NCBI GenBank assembly: GCA_013239625.1
Contig: MU053881.1
Location: 14,562,373 to 14,626,372 of the forward strand
Direction of reading: 5' to 3'
Length of the DNA: 64,000 nucleotides
DNA from: Lama guanicoe
Lineage: Eukaryota
A program made the position numbers and the translations under genes. Under the pieces are notes generated by a model, which was not told the DNA's origin, searched no databases, and saw only the letters and a list, made by a program, of their open reading frames with translations. Positions 23,797-36,329 of the stretch are shown here, in pieces (within the stretch, counting starts at the first letter, position 1; each line of letters opens with the position of its first letter).

Positions 23797-24600
23797 GTAG
23801 GCCGGGAGGGCTCTGGCACCAGCCCCTGCTGTAGGCCTGACTAGCAGGCGGCCTGCTCCTCCCGCAGCCTCCTCGCGCGGCAGGCGCCTGCAGTAGCCTC
23901 ACGGTCCCCCATGCGCACAGTAGGAGTTGGGCCCTCTTGCCACAGGAGGCATCTGTTTATGATAAATACCATCTGTGTAGGGAATTAGCAAATAGCAGCT
24001 CAGCTGCCGCTTCAGAAACATTTCCTGGGGCTTTAGGGAAATACTGCTTCCAGTGGAGCCAATTAAGTGCAGTTTACAGGCAAAGCGTTTCTCAGGCAGA
24101 CACCCCACGTACTGGGCTCTCCAGAATGAAAACTTAACAGTCCTCGCATACTGCCTTCGTGCTTAAGAGGAGAGGTCTCACATGGAGTGTCCCCTGTCAT
24201 CTTTTGGAGTTTTCTCTAAAACTGTTTTGTACTACATAATCTCATCACCTCCTTGACCACAGCTGCTTTTTAGCACTCTGTGTTAAATTGCTCTTAGAAC
24301 ATGGGATTTTATTCTTTATTGATGAACCATTTATCTTTCCCATGGCGGACAAAACCTGTGTCACCTATCACCTTGCACCCTTTGACTAGGCCACTAGGGA
24401 GCTCAGCACTACTTCTGGCCCTGGGGACCCTGAGGAGCAGCTTGATCTCTTCGCAAGGAGTTTGACCTGCTGGTGGGGAGGCAGATCGGCAGGTGGTCCC
24501 AGCGGCCATTGAGGCTATGTAAGGGTAGGGTTTCAGGCCAGAGCTGGGACTGGGCATGGCTGCAGTCCTGTTGGATGATCATCAATCTCCTCCCCCGCAG

Positions 24601-24746
24601 GAGGGCCGTGAACCTGACTATTCAGAGTACAAGGAGTTCAAGCTGACAATAGAGAACATTGGCTACCAGATGCTGATGAAGATGGGCTGGAAGGAGGGCG
24701 ATGGGCTGGGCTCAGAGGGCCAGGGCATCAAGAACCCAGTCAACAA
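24601..24746 (+). CDS. SUGP1: SUGP1 exon 12 (G-patch)
   Basis: ccgcag|GAG...AA|gtgag; [29 protein letters not shown] is a G-patch signature. Confidence 0.96.
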
Positions 24747-25082
24747 GTGAGTATGGCCTCCAGTGCCAGGGGGAGGGCAGGAAGAATGGACCTACATGGA
24801 CACATAGGCTCAGGGCCTGGGTCCAGTCCTATTGCTGGGCTGGCAGTCAGGGGTATGGATTCTGCTGGCTGGGCTATCTTAGGCTCTCCATCTTCCCACA
24901 ATGTTAGGAGTGTCCCGGATGGATGTTGCCAAGCCCAGTGTAGTACCCACATTGAACTGCATTGGGGTGCTCTGCTGAGCCCACCCAGTTCAGGTGAGGC
25001 CTCCCTGCCCCAAGCTCAGGTCCATCTCTCCTGCCGGTGCCAGCCTGCTCTCCTGCTCACACTGCCTCTTGCCCCCATGCAG

Positions 25083-25212
25083 GGGCACCACCACGGTAGA
25101 TGGTGCTGGCTTTGGCATTGACCGGCCAGCTGAACTCTCCAAGGAAGATGACGAGTATGAGGCCTTCCGCAAGAGGATGATGCTGGCTTACCGCTTCCGG
25201 CCCAACCCCCTG
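25083..25212 (+). CDS. SUGP1: SUGP1 exon 13
   Basis: tgcag|G...CTG|gtgcg; [43 protein letters not shown]. Confidence 0.95.
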
Positions 25213-25501
25213 GTGCGTGTGTCCCTATCCCCCTATATTGCATTTGGCTTTGCCGCCACAGTTCCTCACAGTCCACTGTAAATGGGTGGTGGTGCCAGTA
25301 ACGAGTGTCTGTCCTTCCTCAGTCCAGCTAGGCTCACCAGCAAACCCATACCCCAAGCTCACCACCTGTGTTCGAGCTTTCCTGCCCTCCCTTTTAGAGG
25401 ATTTGAGCTCAGCTGTCCCCAGTAGGTTCTAGATGGGAGGAACTGCTATCTTTCTTTAACATAGCAAAACCTCCCCTTTTTATCTACCTTGCTTCCCACA
25501 G

Positions 25502-25528
25502 AACAACCCAAGGCGGCCTTACTACTGA
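25502..25528 (+). CDS. SUGP1: SUGP1 last coding exon (NNPRRPYY-stop)
   Basis: cacag|AAC AAC CCA AGG CGG CCT TAC TAC TGA. Confidence 0.95.
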   Translation, partial: NNPRRPYY

Positions 25529-25639
25529 GTACTCTGGAGAAACGCACAAATGTACTTTCCAAAAGACCAACCGTCCCTGGACTGTGGAGTCTTCTGGCCT
25601 TCACTTCTGCCCGCCCTTGTGTCGAGTGTCGTGCTGTGT

Positions 25640-25645
25640 ATTAAA
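25640..25645 (+). terminator. Probable SUGP1 poly(A) signal ATTAAA
   Basis: ATTAAA ~110 nt after the stop codon. Confidence 0.7.
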
Positions 25646-28209
25646 ATTCCAGTGCTTGCCTGCCGTGGCAGCCTGGTCTTGCCATCACCAGAAATCCTTC
25701 CTGTTTCTTAGCAGCAGGACCGTACTGGGCAGGTGGGGACAGGCTGCTTCTGTGAAGGCTACCCAGCGGCAAGGACCCTGGAGAACCACCTTGACCTTTG
25801 TCTGCTCCTGGGGGCCTGGGTTGGAGTTGAGGGGAAGACCTGTGGAGAGGGTCAAGATTTGGCTGCTTCTGGGCCAGGGGCTTCAGGGACCTCCCAGCCT
25901 AGCAGTGCACTGCAGGAGGAGATTGGGGAAGGGTCTCCAGGCAAGGTCCAGTCCTCCCTTAGAGCCGCAAGGCAGGTGGACCCAGGGCACACTTGTGCCC
26001 CTGACCTCTGATAGATGGCACTGACAGGGCCCCCTACACACAGCAAACTTGGCTGGTGATGGCTGCTGCCGTAGCTGCCCAAGGTCCTACCAGCGTGGTG
26101 GACACATGAGTCCCCAGGGCTTGTGGCTTTGGGGGACAGCTTTGTGACGGATACACCACACCAAGACATGACATACCTCCTAGGGGAGGGGAGACTAATG
26201 GATAGCCCAGGCCAAGGTGTGTGCCAAGGGCTCACCACGCATCCAGAGCTGGTGCCTCACATTAGTGCAGAAACCACCTGGGGATCTTGTTCAGCTGCAG
26301 CTGCTGCATGAGCATCTTGGGCAGGGTCTCAGAAGTCTGCGAGCAACACTTGGAGTATCGGTGTGGGGAACTGAGGGGCCCCTATAACTCACCCATCTGC
26401 CCCCTTACATGCACCCAGTGGGTCCTGCTCAACTCCTTTGAGCTCATGGGGTCTGAGGACTCTAGCTGGCATCAGGCTTCTGAGCCAGCCTGCAGTTCAC
26501 ACGGTCATTCAGCAAACGCGAAACACTGATTGTGAACCAGATGGATGGGATCTGCCCCAGGCAGCCATAGTCTGCTGGGGACGTGGCCATAAACCCCTAG
26601 CACAAGCTGAGACTGATAGATGCTGTATGGAGAAATCAGGACCTGTGGTGGAGGTGGCCTGGGGAGTGTCTCAATGAGGGGGGCCCAGGGTCTGGGAATC
26701 TCAGTGGCAGATCCCAGGTTGGGGTGACACACAACGTTGTCTCCCCTCCATGGATACTGTATCCAGGTCAGGGCAAGGGGGTGACATGGAGCCTGCCCAG
26801 CAGTCTGGAGTCCTGAGTACAAGGGTGTAGCTCTGGGCAGCCAGAGGTTCTGTGATGGGGACCCTGGACATTGGTCCCAAACACCCCACTGTCCAGGTCA
26901 GAGTCAACCTTCAATTTAATTCTTAGTGACCAGGAAGCTTGCCAGATTCACTGTGGACTTTAGCCCCAGCCAGGAGGAGAGTTGGAAAAGGAGGCCTCCA
27001 AATGCCATGTGTGTGCAGGCATCTCCCAGATGTGGGGTACAAGTTCAGGCCCCTAGACAGAGCTGGGCCAGATACTCTTCCAGGGGGAGAAGTGGGGCTG
27101 GAGTGGCAGGGAGAGCTACCTGGAGGAGGACACACTGGGGCCTGCTTTAAGGGGTGAGGAAATACAAGATATCTCCATCTTGCAGACACGGGAGAGAAAG
27201 AAGTCTGTGGGGTATTGGCACCACTAGAATTGGGGAAGGTCAAGAAACAAGGTTGTAGACTTAGGTCGGCCCAGAGGAACCTGAACTTCACCCAACAGGC
27301 ACCTGGCACTTGGGGAGGGAGGCTCTCAGGTCAGTGACCAGATCATCTTGTCACCCAGGCTAAGAGATGGGACCCAACTGACCCATGGAGAAGGGGCCTT
27401 GGCTGGACTGGGGTTGGGGATGTGAGGGTTACAATTTTCCCCTAGTCATAGACTGGGTACTCATGGGGCAAGAATCAGGTGGGCATCACTCACCCTGTTT
27501 CCTGCAGCCACAAGTGCCACATAGGCAAGAATCCTAGGCTAGTTGGGTTGACAAAAAGCTGCCTCCTAATTCTCTCTCTACCCTGAGACACCTGTGTCCA
27601 TCCCTGCCCCCTTGCATTTGCCCCTGGATGGAGCCCAGCCTCCTCCAGGCTGTTCAGAACCCTCCCAAGCCCACCCTACCTTGCTCCATGACCCTCCATC
27701 ACCCCCTAGCCCTAAGTACCTCCTTTCTGCTGCTCAGCCCCAAGCCTGAGCTATTCTCCCTGCCAGGAACACCATTCCCAAACTCACCAAACTGGCTCCA
27801 TCCCCACTTTATAATCTCAGCCGCACTGTGGGCCCCATTTCTTAGATCCTATCCACGTGAGCAGACTACTTGGAAGGAGCACAGCATGGTCCTTTAAGGG
27901 ACCCCCAACCCAGGGCTGTGGCCCTCTGCCTTGAATTGCCTACCCCCGCCCAGTCAAAGCTTCACATCTGGGGAAAAAAAATTCAACTCGGACACGTGTT
28001 TAAATTTGTCTGTGACCACGGCATGAAAACTCAAACCCAAGGGCACTAAAAGGAACTCCATCCAAGCGGATGAGTTTCCTCTGTCAGTGCGCACAGACAA
28101 TGCTTGATTCTGGGCAGGAGGGAGTTCTAGGGAGTGTGATGAGTTAAAAAACGGTCCTCTTCGGGGTAGAAGATAGGATGCTGGTGCCTTAGAGGGAAGA
28201 AAGAAGTGC

Positions 28210-28800
28210 AGAACGAGGCCCGAAGAACGAATTCCCTTGGAGTAACGTTGCTGGCTGGGGCCTCTATGTCGCAGAAACGGAAGCATCCTGAGGAACGTGT
28301 TCTAGCTAGCATTCGTAGAGAGGGAAACGGGCTGGGCGACAGAGACTGCCAGTGGGGACCGCGCAGAGTCCGGCGAGGCTGTCGAGGGGGAGGGGCCTTG
28401 GAGGCTCCCCGGGAGCTCGCAGGGCAGTCACAGCGGCGGCGACCTGGCCAGGGTGCAGCGGGGGGCGACCTTTGCGCAAGGCGGGGCCGGGCGGGTCTGG
28501 GTCCCTGACAACTCCGCGCCCAGACGCACCGCCGAGCAGAAGCCAAGCCGGGGTCCGGGCGCCGCCGCTATGGACATCCCGCCGCTGGCGGGCAAGATCG
28601 CAGTTCTGTCGCTCGGTGCACTCCCGTTGTCCTACGCGCTCAACCACGTCTCGGCGCTCTCGTAGTGCGTGCGGGGAGGGGCCGGGGCGGCCTCCTCAGG
28701 GTGAGGGGCGGAGGGGCTCGGATACAGAGTACGAACCGGGAGGGAGAGAGGATGCGCGGGCCCCCGGGAGCCCTGCGCCCTGGCGCTGCTCCGGCCTAGG
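28210..28800. promoter_or_regulatory. CpG-island promoter of TM6SF2
   Basis: Dense CpG and GC boxes around the ATG at 28570, which has a gccgccgctATGG Kozak context. Confidence 0.85.
28570..28664 (+). CDS. TM6SF2: TM6SF2 exon 1
   Basis: MDIPPLAGKIAVLSLGALPLSYALNHVSALS, then TA|gtgcgt; the split codon TA+C encodes Tyr. Confidence 0.9.
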
Positions 28801-30101
28801 AGGATGGGGGCTGGGTCAGAGGAACCTCACCACCTCCAACCGGAAACCCCCTTCCAGCCACCCTGGAGCTGTGAGGTGGAGTTGGGGGCCCTCCTGGGAT
28901 GGTTAGGGCCTGGGGAGGAGGGACTTTGAGAAGCAGAGCCCCCAACAAAGCAGGATTTTGGAAGGTTTCTGGAGTTTTCCCAGGGATGTGCCCAGCACAG
29001 GCTCCAAAGTCACCAAGGGTCAAAGTATTGCCCCAGATAAGGCCCTAGTGACCTGGCTCTTGCCACACACACAGTCTGCAGCACCACCCCTACCATGTTG
29101 TCCCTCTGTCGCCTGTGTCAGGCCTGGGACTTTCTTCTCTTCAGGGCTGACCCACCCTGTCCCTAGCCTCAGTTTCCCCTGCATGCCTCAATTCCTCCTA
29201 CCCCCGTCCCTATCTCCTAACTCTAGACCTCACTCAGTCCTGGGTACTGGGCATCTACAAGCCCTTCACACTCCAAAACCCAGCACAACCCAAGACATGG
29301 GGCAGAGGGAGCCTTGATTCTGGAGTTGGCTCCTTGGATACAAATTCTTGGCTCCTTTCCCCCTGGATCCTGAGTGAGCCAGGTTGCCTCTGGGAGCCTC
29401 AGTTTCAGGGATTCAGGAGAAGGTAGGGGCCTGGAGAGAATATGGGGAAGAATGTGTGACCTTGGATAGATCTCCTGCCCTCTCTGGGCCTTGGTTTGCC
29501 AAGTGTTGGGGGCTGTCCAGAGTCCTGGCTTCTATTATCTCTACAACTGGTTGACCTGCCTTATCAGGTTGATGGGGACAGATCAGCACAGGATTGGGGT
29601 GGAGCTGATGGAAGCATTTGGACTTTACCTGGGAGGGGTCAGGAGCTTCAGACAATGAGGTGTACAGAGCTGAGCACTAGAGACCCTCTGGCAGATGTGG
29701 GCACTGACTCTGGCAACAGAGAGTCTTGGAGCTGTTGAATGAATGAGCAAGTGACTAGCTAAATTGTATAATCAGAAGAGGCTGACAGATGCTCACTCTG
29801 TACCTGACCCAAGTCAGGCAATGATCCTTTCTGAGGAGTCAGAGAAAGCTTTCCTGGAGGAGAAATGTAGATGGGCTATGAAGGATGAGTAGGAGTTTGC
29901 CAAGTGGAAAGGAGACTTTTGGAAGGCGTTTCCAGGAGAGGGAAACAGCTGCTGAGGAAGGGGGAGTTTCAGGCAAGGACTTACCTGGACAGAGAGATGC
30001 TCATCACCTGGAGCTTTCTGGGGTCTGCTTTTGCTGTTACCAAGATGGGTGGGGCCTCAGCAATGGGCCTGGCCTTCCTGACTTGGTTTTCCTCTCCACA
30101 G

Positions 30102-30205
30102 CCCCCTGGGGGTGGTGTTGATGAGCGCCTTGATCCTGGGACTGTTCTTCTTGGCTATATACAGCTTGTCCCGAGGTGATATCTACTATGACCCACTGTA
30201 TGCTG
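30102..30205 (+). CDS. TM6SF2: TM6SF2 exon 2
   Basis: ccacag|C...GCTG|gtgag; PLGVVLMSALILGLFFLAIYSLSRGDIYYDPLYA. Confidence 0.94.
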
Positions 30206-30610
30206 GTGAGCTAGTGGGATGGTCCTGGGGAAGAAAACTGTCTGGCCAAGGGCCCCCTCCATCAGATTGGCAGCTCTTGAAGGGCCTTCATCAGACTAGA
30301 GAACCTCAAATAGACTGGAGAACCCCCACTGAGTGGGGAACCTCAAGGGGCCTCCCCCTTCTGACTTGGGGCTCCTGAGGGCAGGGACAGTGCCTTTTCC
30401 ATCAGCCTGGGGACCCCCAAAGGCAGGGTCTGTGCCTCATCATGAAGCAGAGCTGTGTGGGTCATGTGACCTGTAGGGTGGGGCCTGGGAGCAGTTTTGT
30501 GCAGAGCGCTTGCCTGGAATCTGGGCCCCTAACCTGTAGTCTCAGGCCCACCCATACCTGGTCTGTGCCCTGCCCATACCCAGCCCATGCCCTGTCTACT
30601 CTCCCCATAG

Positions 30611-30708
30611 TCTTCTCAGTCTTCGCCTTCACCTCGGTGGTGGACCTCCTTATTGCTCTCCAGGAAGATGGCTATGTGAGGGGCTTCATGGAGTTCTACA
30701 CCAAGGAG
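30611..30708 (+). CDS. TM6SF2: TM6SF2 exon 3
   Basis: catag|TC...GAG|gtatg; VFSVFAFTSVVDLLIALQEDGYVRGFMEFYTKE. Confidence 0.95.
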
Positions 30709-30756
30709 GTATGTAGGGAGCAGCCTGGGATGCCCCCTGCCCTACTGCCTGCCTGA

Positions 30757-30960
<204 letters not shown>

Positions 30961-31288
30961 TGAAGCTAGAAGTGTCTGTATGGGAAACCTGGAGGCCTCT
31001 CTAGGGCTCTAGTCAGGGGTGGCCAGAAGAAGGATCCAGGGAATGTCACAGGTGTCAGAGGTGGTTGGTTTCTTCTCTTGTACCACCTTGTGCCTGGGCA
31101 GCCGCTATTGTCCTTGGATGGAGAATCTGATTGTTCATTCCCTTATTCAACTCCCTGTTGTCCCATCTGTCCTAAGTGAAACTGGGAGGGACCCAGAGCT
31201 GGGAAGCCCAGATTGGTCTCTGGGCCCTGGCTGGGGCTCTGAGACTGGGAGACAGGTATCTACTGGTCACCCCTCATCCCCTGCCCAG

Positions 31289-31371
31289 GAAGAGGTACCG
31301 GAACCTTGGACTGTACTGGCTGGGATCCTTCATCATGAGCATCCTGGTGTTCCTCCCAGGAAACATCCTTG
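31289..31371 (+). CDS. TM6SF2: TM6SF2 exon 5
   Basis: cccag|G...CTTG|gtatg; RKRYRNLGLYWLGSFIMSILVFLPGNIL. Confidence 0.95.
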
Positions 31372-31967
31372 GTATGGACTTGGCTCTGAGGAACTCTGTC
31401 TCCCTGGGATGGGTCGCTTCCCTGTGCCTGGAAGTCCCCACCAGATCCTCCATATCCTCCCCAGTGTTTGTGGAGGGCCCCCCAAGCCTCTGCATTCACA
31501 GCCTAAGCCAGCAGCCTTTTGCAACCTCTCCCTCTCTTGGAGGAGTGGAAGCACATTCTACTTCCTTCCTGGGCTGCTGGTCCCTGACCCCAGTGACTTG
31601 GTCCAGAATGCTCTTGACACAAGAAGGAATTTTTAAGGGGGATCCAGAAGGCAGAATGAATGCTTCATAGGTAAGTCTTGGAAGGTAGAGCAGAGAAGGC
31701 AGCTAGGGATGTGGGGATGGCTTGCAAGAGGAATACCAAAGAATAGCTGAAGTATGGGAGCCATGTTGAAGGTAAATTGAGGCAGGCCAGGCTGAGGATC
31801 ATGGACATCATCTTATGGGCACCAGGGAGTTGGAGGTGTTAGAGCTTGAACAAGGATAGCATTTGTGAATCACAGCTTCCAGCCAGGGGCTCTGATCCAG
31901 CTAAAAGTGTCCAACCAGGCCTGGGAGATCCTCACTGAGTGTCACCCTATCTCTCCTACCATGGAAG

Positions 31968-32092
31968 GCAAATACAGCTCAGAGACCAGGCCTGCCTTTT
32001 TCCTCACCATCCCCTACGTGTTGGTTCCATGCTGGGCTGGCTTGAGGGTCTTCAGCCAGACTCAGGCGCCAACCTGCTGCACCTTCAACGTG
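31968..32092 (+). CDS. TM6SF2: TM6SF2 exon 6 (contains the E167 codon at 31982-31984)
   Basis: gaag|GC...GTG|gtgag; GKYSSETRPAFFLTIPYVLVPCWAG; cumulative exon lengths place GAG at codon 167. Confidence 0.94.
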
Positions 32093-32271
32093 GTGAGTGC
32101 CTTGCCCCCAGGTAGGCCTTGTGCCGAGTGCTTGAATGTCCCCCATTTGAGTTGCTTCTGGTCAAAGACATTGTCTTCTTGAAAAGGTCTTGGTCATTAG
32201 GGAAGAAGGGATGAGTCTTCACTGAGTGCCTGTTGAATCCCAGACTTCTCACACTGTCTCTCATGGGGCAG

Positions 32272-32373
32272 GTGCAAGAGGAGCAAAGGAAAGGGCTTCT
32301 GCAGCGCCCAGTTGACCTGGGCCTCATCGTTTACCTCATCTTTGCTGCGTTCTTCACCCTCTTCCGGGGCCTG
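32272..32373 (+). CDS. TM6SF2: TM6SF2 exon 7
   Basis: ggcag|GTG...CTG|gtgag; VQEEQRKGLLQRPVDLGLIVYLIFAAFFTLFRGL. Confidence 0.95.
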
Positions 32374-32706
32374 GTGAGTCTGCGCTGGCCAGCCTACCTA
32401 CCTTCAGCCCCAAGCCCTAGTCCATCCCTCCCTCCTTTGTGTTCCTTTATCCAGTGCCAAAAGGTCACTGCTCTCCCATCTGATCATCCAGGGACGTTCA
32501 TCAAGTCTACCTGAACGTTCTGTCACAAAGCCCTATTCCGTATAGCCTTCTCCCCAGTTCAAATATCTGTGGATTCTCAGCCAGAGGAGGGAGCCAAGGC
32601 TGGAGCAGGCCAGAGCGAAGGATGTGGGCCCCTCCTGGGAGGGTGGGGAAGGCTTCCTGTGGGAGGGATGTTTGAGGTAGGTTGTTGGTTTGTCTGTGGG
32701 CCCCAG

Positions 32707-32799
32707 GTGGTGCTTGACTGCCCCATGGATGCCTGCTTTGTCTACATCTATCAGTATGAGCCATACCTGCGGGACCCCGTGGCCTATCCAAAGGTGCAG
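32707..32799 (+). CDS. TM6SF2: TM6SF2 exon 8
   Basis: cccag|GTG...CAG|gtgag; VVLDCPMDACFVYIYQYEPYLRDPVAYPKVQ. Confidence 0.95.
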
Positions 32800-32889
32800 G
32801 TGAGAGAGCAGGTGGGAGGAGAGGGCCACAGTCTTGCCATGGTTAGGGGTCCACTGGGCCCCTTTGAAGCAGGTGCCAGAAACACAGAT

Positions 32890-33310
32890 CAAACTGGCAG
32901 AAGCACAAATGGAATCTATTGTCCTACCAAAGAAGTACAATATGGTCTTCAGGTATGGCTGGATCCAGGAGCTCAGGGATAGCTCTGTCTCTAGTCTCTG
33001 CTTTCTTTGCATGGGCTCCACTCCCAGGTGGTACCTTTGTAGTATGGCAGAGACAGCCTAGGGTAGCTCCAGGCTTCTATTCTCCCTGCTCAGCCACTAC
33101 AGAGGAGTGAGACCTTAATTCCTCAGAGCTTAAGTACAAGTCTTAGGCAGGCTCTGACTGGCCAAGTTTAAATCACATGCCCATAGCTGATTATTCTGGC
33201 CAGGGGGTGGGGGTATTCTGATTGGCCAGGTCAGGGTCACATGCTACTTCTGGAGTAAAGTTGGTGGGCTCAGTGTGTGGGAGTGAGGAGGGGGAACCCA
33301 AGGGAAACAA
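32890..33310. mobile_element. MLT1-like (MaLR) LTR remnant
   Basis: cttcaggtatggctggatccaggagctca...tctgattggccaggtcagggtcacatgc pattern. Confidence 0.6.
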
Positions 33311-33456
33311 AGGAGCAGTTTTCACAGGGGTGGGATGTGCAGAGCCCCCTGGGTGGGGTCTGAGGCTGGCCAGATCCTCCCTGGGGCCACCACCTGAAGG
33401 GTATCAGGAGACCCAACTAGGGTAGCTACTCATTCCATCAGCTCTGTGTCCCCCAG

Positions 33457-33576
33457 ATGCTGGTGAATATGTTCTATGTTCTGCCCTTCTATGGCCTGGC
33501 TGCCTATGCCCTCATCTTTCCCGGCTGCTCCTGGCTGCCAGACTGGACCTTGGTGTTTGCTGGAGCCATCGGCCAG
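33457..33576 (+). CDS. TM6SF2: TM6SF2 exon 9
   Basis: cccag|ATG...CAG|gtgag; MLVNMFYVLPFYGLAAYALIFPGCSWLPDWTLVFAGAIGQ. Confidence 0.95.
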
Positions 33577-34518
33577 GTGAGGTGGGGTGGGATGCGGTGT
33601 AGTAAATAGGTGCATAGGGAAGCAAGTTTCTGCATACTCATCAATTGCTTTTGTGCTCACCCTGGGCAGGATGATGCTAGGTCCCTGACAGGTCCCAGAC
33701 CCAGCTTGGTACCCCAGGATTCGCAAGTGTGGTGGAGAAAGAGCCACAGACACCCTCAACCCTATGGGGTCAGAACTGAAAAGGGAAGAACAGAGGTTGA
33801 GAAGGATTTCAGAGGGGGCAGATCTCTCAGAAGAGGGAGCATAGGAACTGGGCTTTGATATATGGGTACAAGTTCTTCAGGCAAGGAAGGACATTCCAGG
33901 AGTGGGAACAGCATAAAGAAATGCACAGAGGGGAACAGGGATTTAGCAGAGCCATAATGTGGGTAAAGGCAGAGGCAAGATAAATTGGCAGCTAGATGCT
34001 AAGGGCTTTGAATTCCGGGCTTGAGGGCTTGTGCTAAGAATGATGGGGAACATGGAAGGTGTTTGAGCAGTGGAGGGCCCCGCTGGAGTTGGGGGCTTGT
34101 TTCCAAGTTCCTGGTGGGAAGCGATAAAGGCTGGGCCCAGGTCAGATCAATGGGGACCAGTAGGACCTCTGTTAGGGGTAGAATCGACAGGATTTGTCAA
34201 GGGCAGCTGCCCCGGGGTGGGGAGGACCAGGAGGAGGAGCTGGACATAGGTCAGAGAGCTAGGGAGGAAGGTCCAGCAGACAGAGTGAAGATGGTTCTGG
34301 TTAGGCAGCTGGGGAGAGGCTCACGGCTAGATGGATAAGGATAGACAGGACATGTGGGGACAGTAATATTTAGAGACAGATGGACTGAAGAGGGGAGACA
34401 GGTCAGCCAAGCTAGCAAGATAGTGATGGGGATCTTCTGGGCCCCCCAGGATGACATGTTGGTGATGCTGGGACTTGTTCTCTCCTGACCTGTGACATTC
34501 ATCTTCTGTGGCCACCAG

Positions 34519-34725
34519 GCACAGTTTTCGCACATGGGTGCCTCCATGCACCTGCGCACGCCCTTCACCTACCGTGTGCCTGAGGATGCCTGGACCTGCT
34601 TCTTTGTGAGCAACCTACTGTATGCGCTGGGTCCCCACTTGCTGGCCTGCCGCTGCCTATGGCGGCCTGCCTTCTTCCTACACCCACCTCCTGGCTCCCC
34701 AGCCCACCACAAGAAGCAGCACTGA
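34519..34725 (+). CDS. TM6SF2: TM6SF2 exon 10, ending in a KKQH ER-retrieval motif
   Basis: accag|GCA...CAC TGA; AQFSHMGASMHLRTPFTYRVPED...HHKKQH*; total CDS 1131 nt. Confidence 0.95.
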   Translation, partial: AQFSHMGASMHLRTPFTYRVPEDAWTCFFVSNLLYALGPHLLACRCLWRPAFFLHPPPGSPAHHKKQH

Positions 34726-34990
34726 GGGGGCTGTGGGACACCCCAAGACTCTGTTTACATGCCCAGCGAGCCCTGCCCCTGGAAGGGTGGGCTGTGTTTT
34801 TTAGAGGCAGAAGATCCATCTCTGGGTGCCTTCAGTTCTGGCTATGGTGATTCCAGGCCAGCGGGTGGAAAGGGGGATCCAAAGTCCAGGTGTTCCAGCA
34901 GAGAGGGTCACAGCCACACTCAGCTGTCACCTCCTCTAAACCCCACAAGAACACCCAGGATTTACCCATCATCCTCCCATGGATCAGTTT

Positions 34991-34996
34991 AGTAAA
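34991..34996 (+). terminator. Probable TM6SF2 poly(A) signal (variant AGTAAA)
   Basis: AGTAAA followed by a U/GU-rich tract (ttttgttctgagtgttttggtggg); the next AATAAA is at 35260-35265 among MIR-like sequence. Confidence 0.5.
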
Positions 34997-36294
34997 AGCC
35001 CTTTTGATGCACAAAATTTTGTTCTGAGTGTTTTGGTGGGCAGGGGCAAGGGATCCTCTTCTCAGACCCCACAAGGACCCGCTTATCACTGCCAGCTTAA
35101 CCATCAGGGGCTGGAGGTGCCAGACAGCAGAAGTCTGCCTCTGGTTTGTGTGCACAGCCCCATCTTCCAGATAGGGAAAACTGAGGCTCAGAGACTGAAG
35201 ATCAGAGACTGGCCTGAGGTCACAATCAGGAGAGAAGTGTCCAAAGTCTAAGCTCCACCAATAAATCATAATAACTAACAATGTGGCAGAATTATTAAGC
35301 ACCTACTGTATACCATGCCAATGCCTAACCTCACATGCTACAATGCTGGATCTCACCCCATATTCTGTATGGGGAAACTAAGCCTGCAGGAGGTAAAGGT
35401 CCCGGTCTGTGGTCATGCCTCCTGGATGCAGCTGAGCTAGTGACCAAACCCCAGCCCCTTCAACCACAGAGCCCATAACCCTGCCTCTGCTGTCTGGCAG
35501 GCCCCTATTTTGAGGAAACTGAAGTTGGGGAGGCAGCCAAAATGTTGGGGGAAGGGCTCATTGTTTCCTGGTTTGATTTTTGAACTTGAGTGAAGGTCCA
35601 GTTTCAGGGGTGACTCTGGCCCAGAGTGGGTCAGGGACTTGATCAGATGTCCCTGCTCTCAGTTCCTTCCAACACTTATTAGGCACCTATTGTATCCATT
35701 GGATCTTCTCCCAAAGACCCAGCAATCCATATCCCAGATGTGGAAACTGAGGCATAGAGTGAGGGGCAGAGTCAGATTTGGACCTGTTGCTACAGGTCCC
35801 CTCTGCCAAATGTGTGACTTTTGTAAGCCCCCCATTCCACAGAGTGAGAACCTTTTGGCTGCCAGAGCCCAGGGCCCCTTGATGGTCACCCAGTGACAGA
35901 TGGAAAAACAAGCCCCTTTCCCAGGTTACTCAGCCCTCCTGCCCATGAGGGCATCATCAGGCCCCCTCCTCCATTTTAAAGATAGTTAAACTGAGGCCCA
36001 GAGACATTCCTCTGCTGGTCCAAGGTCAGCCAGCTGGGGCTGGGACCTGGCTCTGCACTCACTGTCCAGGGTGGTTCTTCCTCCGTTTATGCCCACAGTC
36101 ACCTCTCTCCAGAGCAAGTGACACCACGTCTCCTTTAACGCACCCCCCTCCCAGGTCCGCCTCCCTCCTCCCCTTGCAGGCAGACGCCAGGATTGCGCTG
36201 CTGCCTGCAGGGACCTGCCCAGTCCTTCCCGGGTGTGCGGGGGAGCGCAGTCCCCGCACATTGGGACCCACTGGCGGGGGGCCGCACCAGCAGG

Positions 36295-36297
36295 ATG
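36295..36297 (+). CDS. HAPLN4: HAPLN4 exon 1 coding part (ATG only)
   Basis: caggATG|gtgagt in a GC-rich promoter with a TATA-like TTTAA near 36134; joins in frame to VCARAALG. Confidence 0.8.
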
Positions 36298-36329
36298 GTG
36301 AGTGGGGCCAAGGGCACAGTAGATCCTTC

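Noticed and set aside
28663..28665. Premature TAG in TM6SF2 suggesting a pseudogene
   Set aside because: The TAG spans the exon/intron junction; the spliced frame is intact through all 10 exons.
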